Assembly: GCA_964016885.1 (NCBI GenBank)
Contig: OZ024748.1
Coordinates: forward strand, 19,034,001-19,098,000
DNA length: 64,000 nucleotides
Source of the DNA: Eledone cirrhosa
Lineage: Eukaryota
Direction: 5' to 3'
Part shown: piece by piece, positions 1 to 13,418 of the stretch
Layout: each line of letters opens with the position of its first letter
How positions within the stretch are numbered: the first letter of the stretch is position 1
Translations under genes and position numbers: made by a program
The notes under the pieces: model-generated
Database searches by the model: none
What the model saw: only the letters and a program-made list of their open reading frames with translations
Told to the model about the DNA's origin: nothing

Positions 1-23
1 ATATATATATATATATATATATA

Positions 24-233
24 AGTATAAACTACTCCATTCAATGGAAAGCCATCACTAAGTTCAAGCCATATGCAAGGGGAAATCCGTCGTTTGGACT
101 ATGTATTGATGAACGAATAAATATTCTAAAGAGATTATGCAATAGTGATTGCCTAAACACGAGAAATGAATTCTTCACACATTGTTCACACGTCTCGAAA
201 CACCTCTTACATAACTACAAAGCTCCGGATTGA
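24..233 (+). pseudogene. 3' end of a Penelope-like element ORF (GIY-YIG endonuclease C-terminus), 5'-truncated at (TA)n
   Basis: Manual translation INYSIQWKAITKFKPYARGNPSFGLCIDERINILKRLCNSDCLNTRNEFFTHCSHVSKHLLHNYKAPD* fits the PLE pattern YsI.W......PY......C.LC..E...I......LN.R.E....C.H; followed by an HHR-bearing 3' region ending at ~540. Confidence 0.8.
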
Positions 234-403
234 ATCACAACAACATCCCAATTTTCTTATCAACTAGAAACTTTTCGGACTTTCGCAGTTATCTTCCTTA
301 CACCTCTCGCACGATTTTTAGTATTGCCTGTGTAAAAGTGACGGTTTCCGCGCATGCGCGTTCGTACGGTTGTCCTTCCTGTTCCGTATAACCATGTCCA
401 TTA

Positions 404-441
404 CGAGCTGAGGATCCGCTAAGGTGAAACAATTGTTCTCG
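404..441 (+). ncRNA. Minimal type I hammerhead ribozyme in the PLE 3' region (pLTR)
   Basis: CGAG-CTGAGGA-tCCgctaaGGt-GAAAC-AATT-GT-T-CTCG; stem I CGAG/CTCG, palindromic stem III, weak stem II. Confidence 0.7.
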
Positions 442-1098
442 GTATGGTGAACTAACCGTTGTGTAACCATTTCTACCTAACTCGTCCCATGGACTGAGTG
501 CTCTACCACTACGGATATTACCTTCCAGTGTTCTACCACTATATATATATATATTTTTTTTTTTAATTTGAAAATTTTTTATTTCTTTAAAAATTACTTA
601 ACTCCTAAAAATCTTTTTAAAAGGATTTTTTAAAAATTTTCTCAAAAATTTTTAAATTAAAAAAAAATTTTTTCAATATTCTTTTCAATATTTTTAAATG
701 TATTTTTTAATATATTTTTCAATATATTTTTTCAATATATTCTTTTCAATACTTTTTAATATATTTTAAAATATATTTTTCAATATATTTTTTCAATATA
801 TTTTCAATATTTTCTCAATATTTTTTCAATAGATTAATAACCACTAACTGATTCTGGCTAAATGTATCTTAAACATCCATACTTATTTTGACTAAATAGT
901 CTCACACAAATAAATAAAACCGGAGTGTTTTCCTTATCTTCCCTTTTATCATATAAATATAAATATAAATATTCTTACTTAACTCAGTTAATTTAATTTA
1001 ATTTAACTTTAAATACATATTTATTTACATAAAATACAAAACAAATATCCCTCATAATTGATTTGAACAAATATCTATAACATGATATACCCATCTAT

Positions 1099-1129
<31 letters not shown>

Positions 1130-1552
1130 TCTACCTATAAACGAATGAAAAATATTATATTATAAACAAATTTTAAACAACTGATAATCGTATAATATCC
1201 TTTTAATATAAATACACATAATATTAAGATATATATTTACATATAAACATAGGTAATTGTCCGAATATATTTCCCTCAAATTAACGTTATATGAGTTTTT
1301 TTTTTATTAATCTTCGGTTTTTTCCTTCTCTCTCCCCCTCTCTCTCTCCCTCACTATTTTGTCCTTCTCTTCTCTCTTCTTTCTCTCCATAGTCGTTTAA
1401 ATAAACGGTTGTTTTTCAATTATTTACATATTCATTTGTATATTCACCCATAAGTTTGAAAAATCCCTAATACATTTCCACTATCCAGAGAATATCCAAC
1501 TGATAAGGTATGATTTTCCTGGGTATGTCTCTATTTATAAAACAAATTTTGT

Positions 1553-1613
1553 ATTTTATCTGAAGATAGCGTACCAAAGTCTTTTGGAACCCTTGAAATA
1601 TATATAATAAAAT
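1553..1613 (+). ncRNA. Type I hammerhead ribozyme (ATATATAT stem-III family)
   Basis: ATTTTAT-CTGAAGA-[CCAAA/TTTGG hairpin]-GAAAT-ATAT-AT-A-ATAAAAT; 7-bp stem I; homologous to copies at 40151 and 40379. Confidence 0.75.
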
Positions 1614-1659
1614 AAATATGGTTTTATAAATATAGTTTCCATTTATTTAATATCATTGT

Positions 1660-1694
<35 letters not shown>

Positions 1695-1890
1695 ATATTA
1701 AGGATACTATTTATGGTTATGTATATACTAAACTTTTTATAGTTATATATATTTTAAACAGTGAAGGTCAATAATTTATTACTACCTTATTGCCAGTAAG
1801 ATAAATAGCTCAATGTAATAACATCAGTTGTTCTACAGAGCAGTTATATAGAATTCACAAGAATCAAAGCTATGTTCAAAGCATTTATTC

Positions 1891-1935
1891 ACTTACAATT
1901 GTTTCATCCAAACCTAGGCTTGGAGTCTTCGGAGC
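1891..1935 (-). ncRNA. Hammerhead-like motif with C4 core variant
   Basis: Minus strand: GCT-CCGAAGA-cTCCA..TGGAt-GAAAC-AATT-GT-A-AGT. Confidence 0.5.
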
Positions 1936-2258
1936 ATTTTTCAATGTTTGTACACATAATTGACCTCCTTTCCAACGCAAGAGACATACAGATACATATG
2001 TATATATTGATGTACACTGGAATGACATATATTATATTATATTATTTCTGTATAGCAATTCAAATTCAAAATCAAAATCAAAATTAAAATTAAAATTAAA
2101 ATTAAAATTAAAACAAAATTAAAACAAAATTAAAATACATTCGGCAGGTAACATAGATAATGCAAGAGGATAGTTTGTTAGTCAGATGTAGTAGTTATTG
2201 TATGCGTTAGTTACACGTGGGGCATGCACGTATGTCTCATTTATATATGATTATTGTG

Positions 2259-2476
2259 TGGCAGGGTGTTACATGTAATACAAGCACTTTAAGCGGGTAA
2301 GTAAGAGTATTATGGAGGTTGTAGTGGTAAGGTATTTCTTTTGCTTCTCCTTTTTATCTTTATTTTTCTGCACACATACTTTTTTATTATATACAAAAAA
2401 TACCTTACCACTACAACCTCCATAATACTCTTAATTACCCGCTTAAAGTGCTTGTATTACATGTAACACCCTGCCA
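2259..2476. repeat. Inverted repeat with ~79-bp arms next to (TA)n
   Basis: 2259-2337 is the near-perfect reverse complement of 2398-2476. Confidence 0.85.
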
Positions 2477-2477
2477 T

Positions 2478-2513
<36 letters not shown>

Positions 2514-2524
2514 ATTTTGAACCA

Positions 2525-2566
<42 letters not shown>

Positions 2567-3046
2567 TGGTTCAAAATATAGATTCATCTTTCCGAAATCT
2601 TCAACAGGAAAGTTATTGGTAGTGGAAACTAGAAGATAAAATTATCCAATATACAAAATTAAATTCAAAAAGGTAATACTTGAAATATTTACACGGGAAG
2701 ATTTCAGAAATATGCGAGTAGGTTTTCAAGATATATTTTCTGTACACTTACTTTATAGTTGTTAGAATCGCCACAACTACATACTCTTAAAATGGCCTTG
2801 TAAATTAATCTAATTATATCAATATAAAATTACTGTGTGTGTCTATTTGCAAGATATATATATACACGTAGGAAATAACCTCATGCAATGAATCGGAGTC
2901 TATTGAATATATGTATATATAATACACTGAAATATTTAAATATAAACGACATATACAATAAAATAAAGAACTAAAATTGTATCAACATACACTTACAACA
3001 TATATATACTTTCACGATCTCTCTCTCTATCTCTATCTTGCTCACC

Positions 3047-3135
<89 letters not shown>

Positions 3136-3168
3136 CAGTGTTTGTATATGTATTTGTTTCTCTCTCCT

Positions 3169-3272
<104 letters not shown>

Positions 3273-3327
3273 TGTATATATATATAAATATGTATATATA
3301 TATATTTGTATGTACATGTCTCTCTCC

Positions 3328-3361
<34 letters not shown>

Positions 3362-3387
3362 GAGTGTTTGTATATGTATTTCTCTCT

Positions 3388-3436
<49 letters not shown>

Positions 3437-3446
<10 letters not shown>

Positions 3447-4273
3447 CATTATCGAAGAAAGCTTTTAGCGATACTCCGGCCAAATCCCAACTCACTCAAC
3501 AAACATTAGGAAATAAGTGAGTATATTCCTAATTAAACGTTCGGGGTGCTAACTAATTGTATTGTGCGGAAAATTGACTGTATTATTTCATATGAGATAT
3601 ATCAAATATATCTCTTCCCAGACGGACGTCTCGTTTCATTATAAGATTCCTACAATTTGGGTGAAATTATACCAATTTATGTAGAAGCTTGTATAAGATC
3701 AACAGATACATATTCAAGTGGGCACTTATAATTCTTCAGTGGGTGCCCAATAATACCAATATTGATAATCAAATCAATATTAGTACTTAGCGATAATCAC
3801 CATCAGTGCCTGAGGTATATGCTAGGTTGCTACTCTAGCAGTTCTAAAGAAATACTCAAACTGATTCAAAAATGAGGAAGTAGATTACCGCCAAAAAAAA
3901 ACAATACATGCGCAGGACAATGAATTCTAAAAGGAATTCAGGCCACGTGCTAGAACTCAATTGGAGTTTGAAAAAATATCCATGTGTGTACATCGTTTGA
4001 TGACACACATAGATATTTTCTCGGGCAAAATAACAGGATGAAATACAAGAAACAATCAATATTCATATATAAAAAAAAAATAAACAAAGAGAGTCAAACC
4101 TTATATCGGGAATTTCATATCTGTTGCACCAAGAGTAAATAAATAAATACATTATCGGAGAAAGCTTTTAGCGATACTCCTGCCAAATCCCAACTCACTC
4201 AACAAACATTAAGAAATAAGTGAGTATATTCCTAATTAAACGTTCGGGGTGCTAACTAATTGTATTGTGTGGA
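3437..4273 (-). mobile_element. Retrozyme-like non-autonomous element: 703-bp unit with ~135-bp terminal redundancy, flanked by TA repeats
   Basis: 3437-3570 recurs at 4140-4273 (offset 703); internal HHR at 3617-3743; no recognisable ORF. Confidence 0.75.
3617..3743 (-). ncRNA. Type I hammerhead with a 79-nt structured loop II
   Basis: Minus strand: CCCA-CTGAAGA-ATTATAAG-[79 nt]-CTTATAAT-GAAACG-AGACGTC-CGT-C-TGGG; all three stems pair. Confidence 0.8.
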
Positions 4274-4290
4274 TATATATCTGTATGTAC

Positions 4291-4627
<337 letters not shown>

Positions 4628-5004
4628 TTATGGGGGGAAAAATGCTATTCCATGAACACGGGTGTATTGTATATATGTATATATATATATTGCATTTAAA
4701 TATAAACACCACATTCGCTAAATATATTTCCTATGATGTATAGAAATGTTGGAAATAGATGTATGCTGTAATGGCGGCGATGGAATTCAGTTTATCTCCA
4801 ACGAACAATACGATTCTAACACAAAATACAATTGTATTAACAATTTGCTGGAAATAGTAACCTCATATAGAATATATCTTCAAGATTTTCTAATATATTT
4901 AGGTGCTCAGACCTATTTATTCGTGTTTGAAAAATTAAACATAAATGGTTGAAATTTATATATTGAATAATTTTCTCATCCAGCTTCGATTAGCAGTTTA
5001 TTTA

Positions 5005-5046
5005 CTGCTGACGAGTCTAAGAAACAGGAAATATGTTTTGATACAG
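5005..5046 (+). ncRNA. Degenerate hammerhead-like motif
   Basis: CTG-CTGACGA...GAAAT...AT-A-CAG; stem II damaged. Confidence 0.3.
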
Positions 5047-5101
5047 ATAGTTCTGTTATAATATGTATCTAAGGTGATTGAGGTAGGCGTAAATTTCCGT
5101 T

Positions 5102-5191
<90 letters not shown>

Positions 5192-5289
5192 GTATGTATA
5201 TAATAATAATAGTAATAAACGAAAGATATATATCATCTTTATATCATCTCTACTTCTTTATATATCTATCTTTATATCATCTCTACTTC

Positions 5290-5364
5290 TTTCATTATAT
5301 ATATTTCGAAGATGTAAAGTTTTATGCATAAACGTAAAGGAAAAAATGTCCTCCTCAGACAAAA
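5290..5364 (-). ncRNA. Type I hammerhead (ATATATAT stem III)
   Basis: Minus strand: TTTTGT-CTGAGGA-GGA..TTC-GAAAT-ATAT-AT-A-ATGAAA. Confidence 0.6.
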
Positions 5365-5676
5365 TATATACAAAATGTGTAATTTTTTACTGATATGCTG
5401 GTAGACAAACGAGCTGAACAGATCGGTGACCACTAAGCATATGACTAGAAACAACTCAACACATAGGGGGTTACTTGACTGGGAGAAAACATTACAGTTG
5501 GTTTAAACGATTCATAAATTATTTAAAATATAGCGTAATTATATTGGTAAAACAAAACAAAACTTGACCGTTATTCAGTCCCAAATCTACTTATAACCAT
5601 TTAAGATAGGTATTACATCAAAAGTATATATCATATCATATCAGAGGAAAACATATTCTAGGAAGACAGAAATAAT

Positions 5677-5855
5677 TGTTTCTACTTTTGGCACAAGGCC
5701 AGCAATTATCTCAGTGTATTACTGCTGCTTTATTTTATCGACCCCGTAAGGATGAAAGGCAAAGTTAACCTCGGCGGGATTTGAACTCAGACCATAAAGG
5801 GCCGTAACTCTTTGCTGCAAAGGCATAGCGTCAGACCCTCTACCGATACTGCCAA
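5677..5855 (-). mobile_element. tRNA-derived SINE family A (Meta/MESC-like central domain) with 16-bp TSD
   Basis: Box B GAGTTCAAATCC, core GCCTTTCATCCTTACGGGGTCGATAAAAT; TSD GGAAGACAGAAATAAT at 5661 and 5856. Confidence 0.9.
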
Positions 5856-6407
5856 GGAAGACAGAAATAATATTATGAAAATATAATCATTACAGATAGG
5901 TAACAGTTATGCCCTCTTCAGACAACTATTAAGTGAACAGAAAATTACATGAATACAAATAAGACGACATGAAGAAAAACAAAAATAGAAATTACTCATG
6001 CAGTTTCCATTCATTGAAATGTCGCAGGCTGATTATTGATGTTGCATCCTCAAAACCCAATGATATATGTGCCAAATATAAAACAATCTTTCACTTGATT
6101 ACAGATCTAGGGAGGAAACCACCTTATTAAGACGTGGTGATGATTTCGCATGTAAGACAAGCGTGTGGTAATCTTCTTTGACTAGAGAGATTCGTATTGA
6201 ACGGGAAACTGGCTGCAAATGAAAGGAATGTATCTACAGAGTGTATAATTATAGAACAATGTACTTTAACGAAGAATATATAAGTATTCTACAAGGTCAG
6301 TAGACATTTTCCAGGTAAAGGAATATAATTAATTTAAACTGAAATTTTTGGGGAAATTGAGAGAGATAAAGGGTGATTACTGTTGGTAAATTGGTAAATC
6401 GTTTTAT

Positions 6408-6607
6408 CGCGTGGCTGATTGGTTAGAGAACTGGATTCGTAATTGCGATGTTGTCTATTCGATTCCTGGACCAGGCGATAAGCAAGACACTTTATTTCAC
6501 GTTGTTCCTTCTACCTGGAGTTGCGACCGATCGATAGTATTAGCAATTGGAAAGACCACCTACGGAATCATCGTTTCCTCGGTCCGATTTGACGAAAGTC
6601 GATCGAC
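6408..6607 (+). mobile_element. tRNA-derived SINE family B
   Basis: Box A TGGCTGATTGG, box B-like TTCGATTCC, AGCAAGACACTTTATTTCAC; homologous to copies at 9893, 33656 and 40540. Confidence 0.85.
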
Positions 6608-6891
6608 AAATTTTTTTTTTTTTAAATTACTAAACAGCTATCTTGATAAATTGTGGAATTTAAGTGGTTAAGAACATTGGTTGTACGAGGAATAGGAGCT
6701 GATAGGTCAAGGACATATAGGAAATGTAATGACACCAAAAGAAGTGTGAAATTAAGAGGCGTATCAAAGTGGTGCACGAAATGAAGTCTGGTCTGAAGTG
6801 GTTAAAGAGGAAGAAATATGAAACTGTCTGGAAACCTGGAAGTCTGGAAGTGGAACCAACCTCAAGAGAATGAGATAGTCTACTGCTGTGG

Positions 6892-6893
<2 letters not shown>

Positions 6894-6982
<89 letters not shown>

Positions 6983-7122
6983 CACACACACACACATACA
7001 CACACACACTCACACACACACATACATACACACACACATACACTCACACATACACACACACACACACACAGACACTCACACACACAAACACAAACACACA
7101 CATACACACACACACCCATACA

Positions 7123-7192
<70 letters not shown>

Positions 7193-7865
7193 TACACACA
7201 CACACAGACACTCACACACACACATACATACACACACACACATACACTCACACATACACACACACACACACACATACACTCACACACACAAACACAAACA
7301 CACACATACACACACACACCCATACACTCACACACACACACACATATACATACACACACACACAGACACACACACACACACACACATACACACACACACA
7401 CACAGACAGACACTCACACACACATACACACATACATACACACACACACAGACACTCACACACACACATACATACACACACACACATACACTCACACATA
7501 CACACACACACACACACATACACTCACACACACAAACACAAACACACACATACACACACACACCCATACACTCACACACACACACACATATACATACACA
7601 CACACACAGACACACACACACACACACATACACACACACACACACACACAGACAGACACTCACACACACATACACACATACATACACACACACACAGACA
7701 CTCACACACACATACACACAGACACTCACACACACACAGGGAGACATAGACAGACAGACAGACAGACACATACACACAGAGAGAGACACACAGACAGATG
7801 CACAAACACACACACACACACACATAGACAGACAAACAGACAGACACACACAGACACACACACAT
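6894..7865. repeat. (CA)n-derived microsatellite with higher-order internal duplication
   Basis: Direct inspection. Confidence 0.95.
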
Positions 7866-8138
7866 ATAAAAGTGCATGTATATTATATATATATGTATGC
7901 ATGTATGTATGTATTTCTCCATATATATGAATACATACGCACATGCACACACACAAATATATATATATATATGTATTGTTATACTTTGGGAGGGTCATGT
8001 TGCCAATAAGAAACACACGCACCAGTTGCTTTCACTTCAATTTATTATATATTTATAAATTTATAAATTTACAAATCTACAAACTTATAAATTTCTGGTT
8101 GGTTGGTTGGTTCCACAACCAGATAGTTGTTTATATAT

Positions 8139-8183
8139 AGTCATAGACCTTTCGTCACACACTCAGTGACCTCTTCAGTGACT
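8139..8183 (-). ncRNA. Minimal type I hammerhead (dimer-type stem III)
   Basis: Minus strand: AGTCA-CTGAAGA-g-GTCAC-tgagtgt-GTGAC-GAA-AG-GT-CT-A-TGACT. Confidence 0.75.
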
Positions 8184-8709
8184 GGGGATTCCTCTCTTTG
8201 TTTCTGTGCCTTTCCTTTCTTCTATCCTACGCCATTTTGTTTCTGTGTGTGTGTTGTGTGCTCAGTTTGCGCATGCGCCACATCCGGGTGTCTGTGTGTG
8301 TTTGTGTTCATTTATCTATTTGTTTATTTATTTATTTATTTATTTATTTATTGTTGGTTGGTTGTTTGTTCTATGTGTGTGTGTGTTTTCATTTTGTCCT
8401 GTGTGTGTTTTCAGTTTGTCCTTAATTGTAAGTTGTTTGTTCTATGTGTGTGTGTACATATACACATACGCACAGACTCATATATATATATGTATGTATT
8501 TATGTGTGCATGTATGTGCGTACGAGATGTATATATATATATATATATATATATGGGTGTGTGCGTGTGTGTGTGTATGTGTGTGTTTACTTATAAACAG
8601 ATATCTCCAACATACAAACACGTGTTGTTTGTCTGCGTATGTGTGCGTGCATGTGTGTGAACATGAATGTCTGTGAATGCCTGTGAATATAGTAGTTTAT
8701 ACAGGTGCG

Positions 8710-8758
<49 letters not shown>

Positions 8759-8903
8759 CATGAGTATGTTGGAAAGTGGTTGCTATCATAAAAGTTGTTT
8801 TTACACAAAGTTCTAGGTTTGAGTGTTTGTGTCATTTATGTGTTCACGTGAAAATGTCGATAACAACGGCGCTTCTACGTATGCCGTGTAGATATATGTG
8901 GGT

Positions 8904-8991
<88 letters not shown>

Positions 8992-9003
8992 CACACCCAG
9001 ACA

Positions 9004-9345
9004 CATCATCATCATTTCATTTTACGTCCACTTTTCCCTGCTTGCAAGGGTGGGACGGGAACTGATTCTGGCTTGATTTCTACAGCTGGATGCCCTTCCT
9101 AACACCAACCTCATTTACAGTGAGTACTGGGTGTTTTTTTGCCGTGGCACCTCCACGACCACTTTACAGTGGAATGATAGGGACCCCAGTCCCTATCATC
9201 TCATTTCTACAGCTGAGTAAACTGGATCAATGTGAAATAAAGTGTCTTGCTCAAGGAAACAACACATCACCCGGTCTGAGAATTGAACTCACAACCTTTC
9301 GATTGCCAGTCCATTGCTCTAACCACTAAGCCATGTGCCTCCATG
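9004..9345 (-). mobile_element. SINE fragments (tRNA head, V-domain-like centre, RTE-like tail)
   Basis: Plus strand shows GAATTGAACTC, GTGTCTTGCTCAAGG and GGCTGGATGCCCTTCCTAAC; similar 3' piece at 16320-16505. Confidence 0.65.
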
Positions 9346-9473
9346 TGCCTCTATATATATATTTATATATATAACTATTGAAGTTTCCTTTGAAAATTGA
9401 AAAAGTCATAGGACTGAAGAGTGCTCTATGTAAGTTACAGAGCTAAATTTAATGTATAATAAACAATACAATA

Positions 9474-9545
9474 TAATTACCTCATTACCAGAGGTTTCCC
9501 GAATAAGACGAATACAAGAAACGTCCGCATTCGTTCGTCAGACAA
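9474..9545 (-). ncRNA. Degenerate hammerhead-like motif
   Basis: Minus strand: CTGACGA-aCGAAT..ATTCGg-GAA-ACCTC-tggtaat-GAGGT-A; stem I poor. Confidence 0.45.
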
Positions 9546-9892
9546 GGCAACTTAAAACATAGTGAAATATTTGAAAAATCTCCTCAAGAAAGGCAAAAGT
9601 TTAACGGGCAAAAAAATCTATAAATAAAAGTAATGCAAGAGATATATAAAAATTTAAATAAGGAAATATAGTAAGGGTATGTGTATAAATGTGTGTATAT
9701 GCACCTACAAATGTACATAGGTGTGTATGTACAAATGCATGTGTATAGAGAAAAAATGTGTGCGTAAGTACATACATGAGGGCAAGCATATCAGTGTATA
9801 TGTGACCACAAATACGTATATAATATATGTTGAAAAAGGAATTGTAAGATAATAGAGTTAACATACATACAGACTCAGGGACTAAGAAAAGA

Positions 9893-10109
9893 GTCGATCG
9901 ACTTTCGTCAAATCGGACCGAGGAAACAATGTTTCCGTTGGTCTTTCCAATTGCTAATACTATCTATCGGTCGCAACTCCAGGTAGAAGGAGCAACGTGA
10001 AATGAAGTGTCTTGCTCAAGGACATAACGCATCGCCTGGTCCGTGAATCGAACTCACAACCTCACAATTGCGAATCCAATTCTCTAACTACTCAGCCACG
10101 CGCCTTCAC
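9893..10109 (-). mobile_element. SINE family B, full length, 13-bp TSD
   Basis: TSD CAGGGACTAAGAA at 9876 and 10110; boxes A and B present. Confidence 0.9.
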
Positions 10110-10119
10110 CAGGGACTAA

Positions 10120-10528
<409 letters not shown>

Positions 10529-10561
10529 AAGCTTCAGGACCATATACACACACAAACTGTG

Positions 10562-10596
<35 letters not shown>

Positions 10597-10604
10597 TATA
10601 AAAT

Positions 10605-10790
10605 AACTGTTTCTACATTTGGCACAAGGCCAGCAATTATCCCAGTGCATTACTGGTACTTTATTTTATCGACCTCGTAAGGATGAAAGGCAAAGTTAAG
10701 GTCGGCTGGATTTGAACTCAGAATGGCAAGGGACGTAACTCTATGCATCAAAGCATGGCGTCCGACCCTCTACTGATATTGCCAATCCAC
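10605..10790 (-). mobile_element. SINE family A
   Basis: Homology to the 5677 copy. Confidence 0.9.
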
Positions 10791-10906
10791 AGGAGGCAAA
10801 CGAAGACGGGTGAATTGCATTACGTCAAGTGCTTTCCATAATATTACATCGAGGGAGGTTGACCATACGGAATGACCAGTTCTATCCAGTGGTGAACGAA
10901 CAAACG

Positions 10907-10945
<39 letters not shown>

Positions 10946-11012
10946 CTTTGGTGTCCTTGAAATATGTATAATGAAATAAATATGGTTTTATAAATATAGT
11001 TTCCATTTGTTA

Positions 11013-11058
<46 letters not shown>

Positions 11059-11084
11059 TCTATATATATATCTATATAATATAT

Positions 11085-11346
11085 AAGATCAAAAGATGGT
11101 TAAAAGAGTTCCATGTATTTTATTATGCGCATTTCAAAAACAAGTATCATCATGCAATAACACTTGCGTTTTCGTCAGATAAAATAGGGAGCGATGATAT
11201 GAAGGTTAAAACACACTTGTGAATAGTGCAGTTTTAAATCAACATATCTTATATATTATGTATACTCCAGTCCTACAAACTGTAGAGTGCTACTTATCCG
11301 ACATCTGCATTGCTTTATTGTACTACAATAAAACTCACCTCCTACA
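11085..11346. mobile_element. HHR mini-element (ATGCGCAT family): inverted HHR segment plus tail
   Basis: Homologous to copies at 13640, 31633 and 45369; TA flanks. Confidence 0.8.
11117..11185 (-). ncRNA. Type I hammerhead (ATGCGCAT stem III)
   Basis: Minus strand: ATTTTAT-CTGACGA-AAACGCAAGT..ACTTGTTTTT-GAAAT-GCGC-AT-A-ATAAAAT. Confidence 0.8.
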
Positions 11347-11434
11347 TATATATCTATATATGTATATGCGTATATATATGATTATATATATATACATGCA
11401 TACATATAAATGTATATATACATACGTATGTATG

Positions 11435-11482
<48 letters not shown>

Positions 11483-11530
11483 TATATATATATATTTTTT
11501 CATATATATATATATGTATATATATATGTA

Positions 11531-11582
<52 letters not shown>

Positions 11583-12149
11583 TGTGTGGGTGTGTGTGAT
11601 GGCTTTAATGTGTATATACATACATTTAATACATAAGACTTTTTAACAGCAGATGTGAAAATATATCATCTGTCTGTATGCATGTATCTATGTATATATA
11701 TATATGAATGTAAGTATGTATATATGTATGTATGTATGTATATATATGCATATATATGTATGTAGGAATATATGCATGTATGTATGTATATGTGTATGTA
11801 TGTATGTATGTTCTGGTTTTATAATTTTATACATTTTTACCAATAGACACGAAACTCTTTCATTGGAATTTAGACAACAACAACTAGGTAGATAATTATG
11901 CATGCATGTGTGTGCATATATGGATGTGTATGTTTTGATATATATGTGTGCCTGTGCATATGTTTGTATCTGTACATATGTATATGCAGTTATTACATGC
12001 AGAAACTTTGGAATGTTTTACACATTTTTACTGTTCCATTAATGGATTGTACTTGTAATTCCCTAACTAGTCGTGTTCTTTCTGTTCATGTGAAGCCCAG
12101 TTTCTCTATGTTTTGTTATCTCTTTCTCTTAAGTTCGAGTATATTTTTT

Positions 12150-12329
12150 TGACCGGCCACCTTCCTGGTGGCAAGGTTGTAAAAGAAAAGAAATTGACAT
12201 CCCTTGAATCGCAAGAGTGTTTTGCAAATTTTGAAGGTGCCAGCTATGGCAGCCATTTGTAGACTATGAATTAGGGAGCTGCGCTCTTTGTCCGCAAATC
12301 CAAGTTCAGTCATACATTCGTCCAAGCGG
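12150..12329 (-). pseudogene. 3' end of a restriction-like-endonuclease (RLE) non-LTR retrotransposon (R4/Dong- or NeSL-like)
   Basis: Minus frame RLDECMTELGF...LIHSLQMAAIAGTFKICKTLLRF resembles the RLE C-terminal LQ.aai.GT.kI motif. Confidence 0.6.
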
Positions 12330-12338
12330 GTATGTATG

Positions 12339-12370
<32 letters not shown>

Positions 12371-12524
12371 TGTATGTATGTATGTATGTATGTATGTATG
12401 TATGTATGTATGTATTTGTATGTTTTTTGTATGTATGCATGTATTTATGTATACATATATATATAGACATACACAAACACATGCATACAACATATATATA
12501 TATATATATAATATATTATATACT

Positions 12525-12574
<50 letters not shown>

Positions 12575-12589
12575 TCTCTCTCTCTCTCA

Positions 12590-12630
<41 letters not shown>

Positions 12631-12787
12631 CAATATATAGTAAGAAACACAGTAAACCGTGTGTCTAAAATTACAAGGGTTGAAAAACCACATATGCTTG
12701 AAATATTTAACCAAGAAACAGACAGAATGACGAAATGAAAATAAAAATATATTATCAAATAATACAAACCGCCTCAATAACCATTAT

Positions 12788-12869
12788 ATCTCTCGGACAG
12801 ATTATCCCTAATCTGTTTCGCCCTGAGTGTGTTTGTAACAGATAATCCTGGGCTTCATCAGCGAGAGAT
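12788..12869 (-). ncRNA. Intact type I hammerhead
   Basis: Reverse complement of 13337-13418. Confidence 0.9.
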
Positions 12870-13336
12870 TGCGATTAAATGCCACAAACACTATTTGCCA
12901 ACGTTCACACAGAAAGATGAATTCATCACCTTGTGCTTCGCCAGTCAAACGTGGTAAGCGCGTGTTGAACAGAAATAACAGTCCAACACGCACAACTTAA
13001 TAGCTCATCCTGTAAGAGAGCCGAAATATATATATATATGAATTAGAACCCTGTAACCATTAAGCTCTAAGTATAAATACTGACTATATATTGTATAAAT
13101 TCTTACTATATATTGTTAATCGGCTCAGTATTTATACTTAGAGCTTAATGGTTACAGGGTTCTAATTCATATATATATATTTCGGCTCTCTTACAGGATG
13201 AGCTATTAAGTTGTGCGTGTTGGACTGTTATTTCTGTTCAACACGCGCTTACCACGTTTGGCTGGCGAAGCACGAGGTGATGAATTCATCTTTCTGTGTG
13301 AACGTTGGCAAATAGTGCTTGTGGCATTTAATCGCA

Positions 13337-13418
13337 ATCTCTCGCTGATGAAGCCCAGGATTATCTGTTACAAACACACTCAGGGCGAAACAGATTAGGG
13401 ATAATCTGTCCGAGAGAT
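13337..13418 (+). ncRNA. Intact type I hammerhead
   Basis: ATCTCTCG-CTGATGA-a-GCCC..GGGC-GAA-ACAGATTA-ggga-TAATCTGT-C-CGAGAGAT; 8-bp stems I and III. Confidence 0.9.
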
